From Chloroflexota bacterium (GTDB lineage Bacteria; Chloroflexota; Limnocylindria; QHBO01): a stretch of DNA of 32,365 nt. The stretch covers positions 1 through 32,365 of the forward strand of contig JACCWY010000219.1 of the NCBI GenBank assembly GCA_013697395.1, given 5' to 3'. Shown here piece after piece: positions 1 through 8,068 of this stretch (position 1 is the first letter of the stretch; each line of letters starts with the position of its first letter). Below the pieces are notes generated by a model. It worked only from the letters and a program-made list of their open reading frames with translations, searched no databases and had not been told where the DNA came from. The position numbers were made by a program, and so were the translations under genes.

Positions 1-277
1 CGGGAGGGACGCCGAGCTCGACGAGGGAGACGAGGCGCCAGTGTGCCCCGGTCCACTTCCCGTAGGCGCCGACCCCGAAGCCCCCGTCGGGCTGCTGGCC
101 GTCGAGCAGGGTGCGGACGATGGAGCCGTTCAGCGCATCGGCGCCGTCATCGGGCGCCGTCTCTCCGAGCAGGTCGCGCCGCACCAGGCGGCGGATGGCC
201 GGCTCCTTCGATGCGAGGAGCCAGTCGATGGCCGCTCGTTCCTCCGCCTCGAACCTTGAGCGCGAGGCATCAGCCAT
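1..277 (-). CDS. hypothetical protein, N-terminal part only (gene runs off the left edge)
   Basis: Manual minus-strand translation from ATG at 277 gives MADASRSRFEAEERAAIDWLLASKEPAIRRLVRRDLLGETAPDDGADALNGSIVRTLLDGQQPDGGFGVGAYGKWTGAHWRLVSLVELGVPP. It stays open to position 1, so it is missing from the ORF track (no stop). GC-rich third positions. It lies 18 nt downstream of the preceding minus-strand gene. Confidence 0.5.
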   Translation of the reverse strand, partial: MADASRSRFEAEERAAIDWLLASKEPAIRRLVRRDLLGETAPDDGADALNGSIVRTLLDGQQPDGGFGVGAYGKWTGAHWRLVSLVELGVPP

Positions 278-295
278 CAGCTCGGCGAGGCCGTC

Positions 296-646
296 TCAGG
301 CCGACTTCTTGTCGAGACGCTGGAGGAGGGCATGAGCCGCAAGCTCGATCTCCTTGTGGCGCCACTCGGCCGCTCGATACTGGCAGGCGATGATGCCCGT
401 CCGATGGATGCGCCGGAGGTCGCCGTAGACGAACGCGTATCGGGCCTTGGTCTCGTCGGTCGCCCCCTCAGTGAGACCGAGGTGCCACTCGGCGTATTCG
501 TCCCACGAATGCGACTCCAGGTACGCATTCTCGTCCTCGGCGCTGGGCTGGGACTCGCCCCAGTCGCTGTCGAGGACGTACTGCCGGGCATCGATCAGTT
601 GCTCCGCGCGTGCCACTGCGCGCTTGTTGACGGTGTAGGAGGCCAT
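296..646 (-). CDS. hypothetical protein (116 aa)
   Basis: Inner ATG at 646 of ORF 296..721 (MASYTVNKRAV...). The upstream 25 codons are Arg/Ser-rich and overlap the deaminase stop region. The rest has a non-random acidic/aromatic composition (WDEYAEWHLGL, YAFVYGDLRRIHRTG). I did not recognise a family. Confidence 0.6.
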   Translation of the reverse strand: MASYTVNKRAVARAEQLIDARQYVLDSDWGESQPSAEDENAYLESHSWDEYAEWHLGLTEGATDETKARYAFVYGDLRRIHRTGIIACQYRAAEWRHKEIELAAHALLQRLDKKSA

Positions 647-674
647 CGCCCCATTATGCCCGTCGCGGGTATCC

Positions 675-1136
675 CTACTCCTCGCCGATGTCCTCGTTCC
701 AGATCTCCGGATGTTCGGCAATGAACTCGTTCATGAGCTGGACGCACTCCTCCGAGTCCAGGTTGACGACCTCGACCCCGCGGGCACGCAGGTAGTCCTC
801 ACCGCCCACGAAGGTGCGGTTCTCGCCCATCACCACGCGCGGGATGCCGTACAGCAGGATGGCGCCGGTGCACATGTCGCACGGGGAGAGGGTGGTGTAC
901 ATGGTCGAGCGGCGGTAGACGGAGGCGGGCAGCCGCCCGCCGTTCTCGAGCGCATCGGTCTCGCCGTGGCGGATGGCACTGTTCTGCTGCACACGCCGGT
1001 TGTGTCCGACCGCCAGCACGGTGCCGTCGTCGGCGACCAGCGCGCCGCCGATCGGCACGCCGCCCTCGTCGCGGCCGATCCGCGCCTGCTCAATGGCGTG
1101 CTGCAGTCCGGCGTGGTCGCGGTCGAGCGTCTCCAT
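675..1136 (-). CDS. cytosine deaminase of the CDA fold (yeast Fcy1-type; CMP/dCMP-deaminase zinc-binding family)
   Basis: Zinc motifs HGE (IRHGETDAL) and PCDMC. GGVPIGG, TTLSPCDMCTGAILLYGIPRVVMGEN and the C-terminal WNEDIGEE resemble S. cerevisiae Fcy1 as I recall it. AGGAGG sits 6-7 nt before the ATG at 1136. Confidence 0.85.
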   Translation of the reverse strand: METLDRDHAGLQHAIEQARIGRDEGGVPIGGALVADDGTVLAVGHNRRVQQNSAIRHGETDALENGGRLPASVYRRSTMYTTLSPCDMCTGAILLYGIPRVVMGENRTFVGGEDYLRARGVEVVNLDSEECVQLMNEFIAEHPEIWNEDIGEE

Positions 1137-1152
1137 TGGTCCTCCTAGGTGG

Positions 1153-2067
1153 TCAGCTGCGACGGTAAGGCTTGAGATAGGCGCCGGGGTAGGCGACGTT
1201 GCGTCCGGACAGCGCCAACGCGCCGATGACGACGAGGTAGGGGAGCGCCAGGAGCAGCTCGAACGGAAGCTCGCCGAAGCCGGGCAGGATGCGCAGGCGG
1301 AACTGGAGCGAGAAGACCAGCGCGAACAGCAATGCGCCGATGACGCCGCGCCCGATGCGCCAGCGGCCGAAGATGACGAGCGCCACGCACACCCAGCCGC
1401 GCCCGGCGATGATGTCGAGCGTGAAGCTCCCGAGCAGCGCGAGCGTGATAAAGGCGCCGCCGATCGCCATCAGCGCGCCGCCGATCATGAGGGCCAGGTA
1501 ACGGGTTCGTGCAACGTCGACTCCCGCCGCATCCGCAGCTTCCGGATTCTCGCCGACGGCCCGGATCTCGAGGCCGAAGCTCGATCGCTGGAGGACCCAC
1601 CACGCGGCCGGCACGACGAGCAGGAAGGCAACCCAGGTCAGCGCGTACTGGTCGAGGACGGCGCCGATCTCTCCGAGGCCGCCGAATGGGTTGACGATCG
1701 GCATCGGCTCGACGCGCTGGAGCTCGCCGCCGGCGAAGATGAGCCGGTTCGCGAATTCACTGAGGCCGATCAGCCCGATCGTGAGGCCGATGCCGGACAC
1801 GTGCTGGTTGGCACCGAAGGTGACGGTCATGAGCGCCATCACCGCCCCGGCGCCGATTCCGACGACGATCGCCGCCGCGAGCCCGAGATGCGGCGAGCCG
1901 GTGGCCCAGGCGGTGGCGAAGCCGGCGAAGGCGCCGGCATACATGGTGCCCTCGATGCCCAGGTTCAGGACCCCGCTGCGCTCGGCGTACGTCTCGCCGA
2001 CGGTGCCGTACACCAGCGGGGTGGCGTTGCGCAGGGTGGCCGCCAGCAGATCGACGAGGAACGTCAT
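1153..2067 (-). CDS. ABC transporter permease (BMP/nucleoside-type importer)
   Basis: 304-aa polytopic hydrophobic protein. Its ATG overlaps the stop of the upstream permease (ATGA at 2064-2067). It sits in an operon with the ATPase and the BMP binding protein. Confidence 0.85.
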   Translation of the reverse strand: MTFLVDLLAATLRNATPLVYGTVGETYAERSGVLNLGIEGTMYAGAFAGFATAWATGSPHLGLAAAIVVGIGAGAVMALMTVTFGANQHVSGIGLTIGLIGLSEFANRLIFAGGELQRVEPMPIVNPFGGLGEIGAVLDQYALTWVAFLLVVPAAWWVLQRSSFGLEIRAVGENPEAADAAGVDVARTRYLALMIGGALMAIGGAFITLALLGSFTLDIIAGRGWVCVALVIFGRWRIGRGVIGALLFALVFSLQFRLRILPGFGELPFELLLALPYLVVIGALALSGRNVAYPGAYLKPYRRS

Positions 2068-3149
2068 CCGGGCTGGGCCTCGGCCGCGACGTCACCGGTG
2101 ACCGAGCCCGCGTCGCCCGAGTCCGAACGCCTGGAGCGATGGCGCCGGACGGCGAGCAGGGCGACGGTGGTGAGCAGCAGGACGCCCTGGACCACGGCAC
2201 CCAGCTGTGACGGGATGCCCAGCGAGCGCGCCGCCGAGCTTGCGCCGACCGTGAGGTCGCCCAGGAAGATCGCGGCGATCGCGACGCCCGGCATGGTCAG
2301 TGTCCCCAGCGTCGCGACCACGATGCCGGTGTAGCCGTAGCCGGGGGAGAGGCCGCCGGTCAGCCGGTTCTGGATGCCGGCCACCTCGCTCACGCCGGCG
2401 ATGCCGGCGATGGCACCGCTCACGAGGGCCGCGCCGAGCAGCGTGCGCGAGACGTTGATGCCCGCGAAGCGGGCGCCATGCGGGCTCAGGCCGGCCGCCC
2501 GCAACCGCAGGCCGGCGGGCGTGCGGGCCAGCAGGTACCAGGCAACGGCGATGATCACGAGCGCCAGCACGAAGCCCAGGTGCAGGCGCGACCGCTCGAT
2601 GAGGGCCGGGAACTCGGCGGACGCGGCGATTCGCGGCGACTCGGGGAATCCGCTGACCGGATCGCGCCACGGTCCGTGGAGCAGGCCGTTGACCAGCAGG
2701 AGCGCGACCGGGTTGAGGAGCAGGGTGGTGACGACCTCGTCGATCCCGAACCGAACCCGCAGCAGCGCCGGCACGAGCGCCCAGGCGGCGCCGCCCAGCG
2801 CGCCGCCGGCGATCATGATCGGCAGCGCCAGGATCGGCGGCAAGCCTCCGACGAGCGTCCCGATGCCGGCCGCCGCAATCGCGCCGAGCAGCAGCTGGCC
2901 CTCCGCGCCGATGTTCCAGTAGCCGGCGCGGAACGCGATCGCCACCGCCGCCCCGGTGAGCATGATCGGGGTGGCGCTGACGAGCACCTCGAGCAGGGTG
3001 AACTGCGAGGTCAGCGGCACCACCACGAAGGCGGCGTAGGCCTCGATCGGGCTCGCGCCCGCCACGATGATCGGGCCGGCCGTGATGGCGAACGTGATCA
3101 GGATGGCCGCCACGACCAGCACGGGCGTCGACCACGCCGAGATCCGCAT
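2064..3149 (-). CDS. ABC transporter permease (BMP/nucleoside-type importer)
   Basis: 361-aa polytopic membrane protein. Its ATG at 3149 overlaps the ATPase stop (TGATG at 3147-3151). Confidence 0.85.
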   Translation of the reverse strand: MRISAWSTPVLVVAAILITFAITAGPIIVAGASPIEAYAAFVVVPLTSQFTLLEVLVSATPIMLTGAAVAIAFRAGYWNIGAEGQLLLGAIAAAGIGTLVGGLPPILALPIMIAGGALGGAAWALVPALLRVRFGIDEVVTTLLLNPVALLLVNGLLHGPWRDPVSGFPESPRIAASAEFPALIERSRLHLGFVLALVIIAVAWYLLARTPAGLRLRAAGLSPHGARFAGINVSRTLLGAALVSGAIAGIAGVSEVAGIQNRLTGGLSPGYGYTGIVVATLGTLTMPGVAIAAIFLGDLTVGASSAARSLGIPSQLGAVVQGVLLLTTVALLAVRRHRSRRSDSGDAGSVTGDVAAEAQPG

Positions 3150-4657
3150 CAGGCGGCCTTTCCGCGGCCGGCCATCAGCATGCCGAGCTCTCCGACGTCC
3201 GCAGCGGCTGTCGCTGTCTCGCCCACGATGCGGCCTTCGTACACCACGACCAGCCGATCGGACAGTGCGAGCAGCTCCTCGAGGTCCTCGGACACCAGCA
3301 GGATGGCGGCCCCATCGGCTCGGCGCTCCAACAGCTGCGAGCGGACGTACTCCGTCGCGCCGACGTCCAGCCCGCGCGTGGGCTGCGACACGATGACGAC
3401 CCGCGGATCGCGCGAGAGGACCCGCGCAAGCAGCACCTTCTGGATGTTGCCTCCGGACAGCGTCGCGACCGGATCGTCCGGCCCCGCCCGAATGTCGAAG
3501 CGCTGAATCAGCTCCTCGGCATGCCTCCGAACGCTTCCCTCGTCGATGCGCCCGCCGCGGCGGAAGTCGTCGAGGCGTTCGAGCACCAGGTTGTATGCGA
3601 CGGACAGGTCACCGATCAGGCTGGCGTGCCGGTCCTCCGGGATCCGGCCGACGCGCGCGCGCATCATGCGCGCAGGATCTGCCCCGGCCAGCTCGACGTC
3701 ATCGACGGTGACCGACCCACGCGTCGGGCGCCGCATGCCGGAGAGCACCTCGACCAGCTCGGTCTGGCCGTTGCCCGAGACGCCGGCCACCCCCAGGATC
3801 TCGCCGGCGCCGACGGTGAGCGAAACGTCGGACAGCGCCGGCAGATCGTTCGCTCCGGTGGCGTGCAGCTCGCGGATGCGGAGCGTCGGGGCGGCGGAAG
3901 GGGCCGGGGCGTCGGTCGGGCGCTGGACGCCGAACGTGGGACGGCCGACCATCATGCTGGCCAGCTCGCGATCGTCGGTCGTGCCGGGGACGGTGCCGAC
4001 CAGCTTTCCGCGGCGGAGGACGCTGACCCGGTCGCTGATGGCGCGCACCTCCGCCAGCTTGTGGCTGATGAACACCACCGACAGCCCATCTGCCACGAGG
4101 GAGCGAAGGGTGGCGAACAGCGCATCCACCTCGTCGGGGACCAGGACGGCCGTCGGCTCGTCCAGGATGAGGATCCGGCAGTCGCGTGACAGCGCCTTCA
4201 GGATCTCGACACGCTGCTGCTGTCCAACCGACAGGTCCTCGACGCGAGCCGCCGGATCGACGCGGATCCCGAAGCGGTCCGACGCGTCTGCGGCGCGCCG
4301 GCGAGCCTCGGCCAGGTCGAGGCCCATGCCCCGCGATCGGCCGAGGGCCAGGTTCTCGGCGACCGTCATCGGTCGAACGAGCGCGAAGTGCTGGGTCACC
4401 ATGCCGATCCCCGCGTCGATCGCGTCGCGCGGCGACCGGATGGCGCGCGGCTGCCCGTCGACCAGGATCTCGCCCGCACTCGCCTGCGTCAGCCCGTAGG
4501 CGATGCGCATGACGGTGGTCTTGCCCGCCCCGTTCTCGCCGAGGAGCGCGTGGACCTCGCCGCGACGGACGTCGAAGTCAACGCCGTCATTGGCGACGAG
4601 GTCGCCGAATCGCTTGGTGATCCCGCGCAGCTCCAGGGCCGGCGCGATGTCGGTCAC
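3149..4657 (-). CDS. ABC transporter ATP-binding protein with two fused nucleotide-binding domains
   Basis: Walker A GENGAGKTT and a second GVSGNGQTE. Signatures LSVGQQQRV and LSGGNIQKV. Walker B ILILDEPT and VVIVSQPT. I chose GTG at 4657 (VTDIAPALELRGITKRF) because the longer ORF start at 4780 is Arg-rich and overlaps the upstream gene. Confidence 0.9.
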   Translation of the reverse strand: MTDIAPALELRGITKRFGDLVANDGVDFDVRRGEVHALLGENGAGKTTVMRIAYGLTQASAGEILVDGQPRAIRSPRDAIDAGIGMVTQHFALVRPMTVAENLALGRSRGMGLDLAEARRRAADASDRFGIRVDPAARVEDLSVGQQQRVEILKALSRDCRILILDEPTAVLVPDEVDALFATLRSLVADGLSVVFISHKLAEVRAISDRVSVLRRGKLVGTVPGTTDDRELASMMVGRPTFGVQRPTDAPAPSAAPTLRIRELHATGANDLPALSDVSLTVGAGEILGVAGVSGNGQTELVEVLSGMRRPTRGSVTVDDVELAGADPARMMRARVGRIPEDRHASLIGDLSVAYNLVLERLDDFRRGGRIDEGSVRRHAEELIQRFDIRAGPDDPVATLSGGNIQKVLLARVLSRDPRVVIVSQPTRGLDVGATEYVRSQLLERRADGAAILLVSEDLEELLALSDRLVVVYEGRIVGETATAAADVGELGMLMAGRGKAA

Positions 4658-4670
4658 GCGCCCGCGCCGG

Positions 4671-5729
4671 CTACGCGTCGGGGATCGTCGAGCCCGGCGG
4701 CGTTGCCTCGTTGATGTCGACCCGGAACGTGCCCGCCCTGATCTGCGCCTCCCGCTCCTCGACCAGCGCGGCCAGGTCATCGGGGATGCCGCCGGGCACG
4801 TCGGCGTTGATCGGCGCCAGCGCAGCGCCGCCCTTGCCGACCATCGAGAAGTCCTTGAGGTCCTGCGCCGTGTACGAGCCGGCGATGACCTGGTCGATGA
4901 CGTATTCCACCGTCGGCGCCATGTTCCAGGTCACGCTGGTGGCGACGTGGCCGGGCGCGAGCTCCTGCTGGTCGCTCATGTTGCCGATCGCGACCAGGTC
5001 GTTCTCCTGGGCGGCCTCGATGACGCCGAAGCGCTCCGCGAACAGCACGTCCGCACCGGAGCCGACCTGTGCCAGCGCCGCCTCCTTGGCGGCGGCGGGG
5101 TCGAACCAGCTGTTGAGGAAGCTGACCTGGACCTCGACGTCCTCGTTCGTCTCCTGCGCGCCGGCGATGAAGGCGTTGACGATGCGGTTGACCTCCGGAA
5201 CCGGGAAGCCGCCCACGACGCCGACCACGTTCGACGCGGTGACGCCGCCGGCGATCATGCCGGCCAGGTAGGCCGGCTCGTGGATCCAGTTGTCGAAGAC
5301 GCTGAAGTTCGGCTCTGCGGGACCGCCCCCCGAGCCGAAGACGAACGCGACCTCCGGGTAGTCCGCCGCGACCGCGCGCGCCGCCTCCTCGTTGCCGAAG
5401 GCGTCGCCGAAGATGATGTCGGGCGCGGTCTCGGCGGTCTCGCGCAGCACACGCTCCATGTCGCCCGCGTAGCCGATGTCGTCGGTGAAGGTGTACTCGA
5501 TCCTCCCTGCCTCCTGCTCGGCAAGCAGGGCGGAATGGATCACGCCATCCCACGGCTCCTCGATCTGGGTGGCGTAGGCGCCAAAGACCGTGACCGTGCC
5601 GTCAGCCCCGGTCGAGGGCGCCGCCGTTCCTCCGCATGCGGTGAGCAGCAGCAGGACGCTGAGGGAGAGGACCAGCGAGGCGCGCAGCGGCCTGTGGTGG
5701 GAGATGGACTGCGTGCGTCGAACGCCCAT
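4671..5729 (-). CDS. BMP-family (Med/PnrA-like) ABC substrate-binding lipoprotein
   Basis: Signal peptide with lipobox LLLTAC-GG. Periplasmic-binding-protein-like composition. AGGAGG sits 8 nt upstream of the ATG at 5729. It is the first gene of the transporter operon. Confidence 0.85.
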   Translation of the reverse strand: MGVRRTQSISHHRPLRASLVLSLSVLLLLTACGGTAAPSTGADGTVTVFGAYATQIEEPWDGVIHSALLAEQEAGRIEYTFTDDIGYAGDMERVLRETAETAPDIIFGDAFGNEEAARAVAADYPEVAFVFGSGGGPAEPNFSVFDNWIHEPAYLAGMIAGGVTASNVVGVVGGFPVPEVNRIVNAFIAGAQETNEDVEVQVSFLNSWFDPAAAKEAALAQVGSGADVLFAERFGVIEAAQENDLVAIGNMSDQQELAPGHVATSVTWNMAPTVEYVIDQVIAGSYTAQDLKDFSMVGKGGAALAPINADVPGGIPDDLAALVEEREAQIRAGTFRVDINEATPPGSTIPDA

Positions 5730-5829
5730 GACGGAAACCTCCTGCGGAACGGCTCGGGAAGGAACACGTGATCAGGCGACGTAGCGTACGTGATCCGTCC
5801 TCGCCGACGCACCCGTATCCCGGCCGATT

Positions 5830-5835
5830 TACCAT
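5830..5835 (+). promoter_or_regulatory. candidate -10 hexamer TACCAT, 6 nt before ATG 5842 (leaderless geometry)
   Basis: The TANNNT hexamer is followed by cggggc and then the ATG. There is no Shine-Dalgarno sequence. Confidence 0.35.
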
Positions 5836-5841
5836 CGGGGC

Positions 5842-6748
5842 ATGAGCGAGTTTCCATTGCCCGGCATGGGCTCGGCCGTCGTGGCGGTGGCCGCACCGGG
5901 CACCGGAGAGGGCTGGTGGGCCGGCTCCTCCAGTGCGGCGCTGGACGACGACGGCACGTTCGTGATCGCCTACCGGGTGCGCACCGGGCACGCGGGGCGC
6001 GGCTCGACCGTGGTCGCACGATCCGAGGACGGCGAGCGCTTCACCACGGTGGCGACGCTCGACCAGGCGCGATTCGACGCGGCATCCATGGAGCGCCCGG
6101 CGCTCGTCCGGACCGACGACGGCCGCTGGCGCCTCTACGTCTGCTCCGCCAGCAAGCCGCCGAGCAAGCACTGGTGGATCGATCTGCTCGAGGCCGATGA
6201 TCCCGCCGGATTCTCCGCCGCCGAGGCGCGAACCATCTTCCCCGGCGACGAGCACACCGCGGTCAAGGACCCGCTCGTCCAGCGCACGCCGGCGGGGGGG
6301 ATGGCAGGCATGGATCTGCTGCCACCCACTGGACGAGCCGGGCGAGGAGGACCGCATGACGACCGCCTACGCCACGAGCGCCGACGGCATCGAATGGGAG
6401 TGGCACGGCACCGTGCTCGCGCCGCGGCCCGGGACCTGGGACCAGCGCGGTGCGCGGCTCACGGCCGTCCTTGCCGACGGCCGCGCCGCCTACGACGGTC
6501 GAGCCTCGAAGGAGGAGAACTGGTTCGAATGCACCGGCCTCGCCCGCCTGACCGGCTCGCGGCCGGGCGAGCTCGAGCAGGCCGGCGACGGCGCCGTGCG
6601 TGACGTCCGCTACCTCGACGTGCTACCCCTCCCGGGCGGCTACCGAATCTGGTACGAGGCCCGACTGCCGGACGAGAGCCATGAGCTGCGCACCGAGCTC
6701 ATCGGCGCCGATGCATCGGGTCAGCCTGAACGCGCCGCATCGGGGTGA
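5842..6748 (+). pseudogene. beta-propeller protein (GH32/43-superfamily-like, uncharacterised), reading frame broken at a G7 run
   Basis: ORF 5842..6603 reads sensibly only to ..DEHTAVKDPLVQRTPAGG. ORF 6197..6748 reads sensibly from ..WQAWICCHPLDEPGEEDRMTTAYATSADGIEWEWHG.. to its end. The switch coincides with ggggggg at 6294-6300, and beyond it each frame becomes Arg-rich nonsense. Confidence 0.6.
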
Positions 6749-8042
6749 GCGTCGTCCACAGCACGGCGATCAACAGCAGGCCGACGCCCAGGACGGGCAG
6801 GCCGCCCCACTCGCCGAGGGCGCCGGAGGGCTCCGCCAGCGTCGCGGTGTCCGGGAAGAGATCCGGGAACTGCTTCGCGATTGCCGTGGCGAGCGCGCCT
6901 CCGATGACGGCCATGTGCTCGTAGGCATCACGCGTGATCTGGTAGCCGCCGCTGAAGTCCTCATCGGCGAAGGCGTCGACCTGGTCGAGCAGGTGACCGG
7001 TATGCAGCTCGAGCACGTCCTCCAGGGCGGGTGCAGAGAGCTCCGCGTTCGCCGATGACAGGAACGCGGCGAAATCGGCCCGGTAGTCGTCCAGCCCATC
7101 CGCGGCCGCCTGGCGCCCGGGGAGGTCATCTTCTCGGGTGGCGGTCACGTAATCCAGGTAGAGGCCGGTGTGCAGGCGCCACAGGTCGCCGAATTGGTCG
7201 CCCGCCGGCTCGCCGTAGATTCCGGCGATCGCTCCGGTCAGCTCTGCGGAGTTCGCCTCGAGTGCCGCGGCAGCGGCCTCGAGGTCCGGGGCCTCGCGCA
7301 GGCCAGCGCGGGTCGACATGATCGCCAGCAGCGCATGCTCGCCCAGCATTCGATCGAGGGCGAGCGCCAGGTCGACGGTTGGCCCGAAGGCCACCGGTTG
7401 TCCCGGGAAGCGGTCCGGGAACTGCTGCACGATTGCCTGTGCCAGCCCGTCGGCGATGACGAACATGTGCGCGTAGGTCTCGCGGATGGCGGTGTACGCG
7501 GTGGCGTAGTCGTCCTCCGCGAACGAGGCGACATGCTCGAGCTGCGCGACGTGGTCCTCCAGGAGGTCGACCACTGCCTGGCGGGGCAGGTTCGGGTTCG
7601 CGCCCGAGAGAAGGTCGGCGAGATCGCCGGTGTACTGCTGAAGCCGATCGACCGCCCGAGCGGTGGCGGCTTCGTCGCCTTCGGCGAGGCCGCGCGTGTA
7701 GTCGACGACGTAGGCGATATGCGCCCGCCACAGTTCGCCGAACGCCGAGCCCGCGTCCTCTCCGTACACCGTTTCGATCAGCCCGACGACGTCGACCGTG
7801 TTGGCCTCGAGCGCCTCTCCCGCCGCGCCGAACGCCTCTCCCTCCTCGAGTCCGGTCCGCATCGCTTCGATGGTCAGGAAGGCGTGCTCGGCGAGCGCCC
7901 GGCCGAGGGTGATCCGAAGCTGCGAGGCTGGCAGGTCGAGCACCGTCACGCCCGCCACGGGTGAGGCTGTGCTGGCGGTCAAGCCGAGCACGACGGCCGC
8001 CACGACCATCGCTCGTGTCAGGCGCCCTTGAGTCGCGGTCAC
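6699..8042 (-). CDS. secreted, C-terminally membrane-anchored protein with two about 175-aa His-rich helical repeats (unknown function)
   Basis: GTG at 8042 with GGAAGGGAA about 8 nt upstream. N-terminal signal-like segment AMVVAAVVLGLTASTASPVAG. Internal duplication (see the repeat feature). C-terminal hydrophobic helix LPVLGVGLLLIAVLW followed by basic residues. Confidence 0.75.
   Translation of the reverse strand: MTATQGRLTRAMVVAAVVLGLTASTASPVAGVTVLDLPASQLRITLGRALAEHAFLTIEAMRTGLEEGEAFGAAGEALEANTVDVVGLIETVYGEDAGSAFGELWRAHIAYVVDYTRGLAEGDEAATARAVDRLQQYTGDLADLLSGANPNLPRQAVVDLLEDHVAQLEHVASFAEDDYATAYTAIRETYAHMFVIADGLAQAIVQQFPDRFPGQPVAFGPTVDLALALDRMLGEHALLAIMSTRAGLREAPDLEAAAAALEANSAELTGAIAGIYGEPAGDQFGDLWRLHTGLYLDYVTATREDDLPGRQAAADGLDDYRADFAAFLSSANAELSAPALEDVLELHTGHLLDQVDAFADEDFSGGYQITRDAYEHMAVIGGALATAIAKQFPDLFPDTATLAEPSGALGEWGGLPVLGVGLLLIAVLWTTLTPMRRVQADPMHRRR
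6852..7922 (-). repeat. intragenic duplication at protein level: residues 41-213 (nt 7404-7922) and 222-397 (nt 6852-7379)
   Basis: Shared columns by eye are L..EHA.L.I...R.GL, ALEAN, YGE.AG..FG.LWR.H...Y.DY, LS.AN, L..H...L..V..FA..D, Y.HM..I, LA.AI..QFPD.FP. Confidence 0.8.
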
Positions 8043-8068
8043 GGCAGGTTCCCTTCCGGCCAGATGGC

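Noticed and set aside
4658-4780. Arg-rich 41-residue N-terminal extension of the ABC ATPase ORF
   Set aside because: It overlaps the 3' end of the binding-protein gene and is compositionally junk. The GTG at 4657 sits 13 nt after that gene's stop and directly precedes the conserved LELRGITKRFG start of the domain.
973-5771. Long plus-strand ORFs 973..2334 (453 aa), 2478..3506, 3546..4499 and 4503..5771 (422 aa), opposite the transporter operon
   Set aside because: All are antisense to genes with unambiguous ABC-transporter motifs. All have Arg/Asp/Gly/Pro-dominated low-complexity composition. They are shadow ORFs.
6294-6300. G7 run as a phase-variation (contingency) switch
   Set aside because: A 7-nt run is short for a slippage switch. 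The gene is not a surface-antigen or restriction-type gene. Three other frameshifts in the window lie outside long homopolymers, which points to error or decay rather than programmed switching. It is kept only as a frameshift finding.
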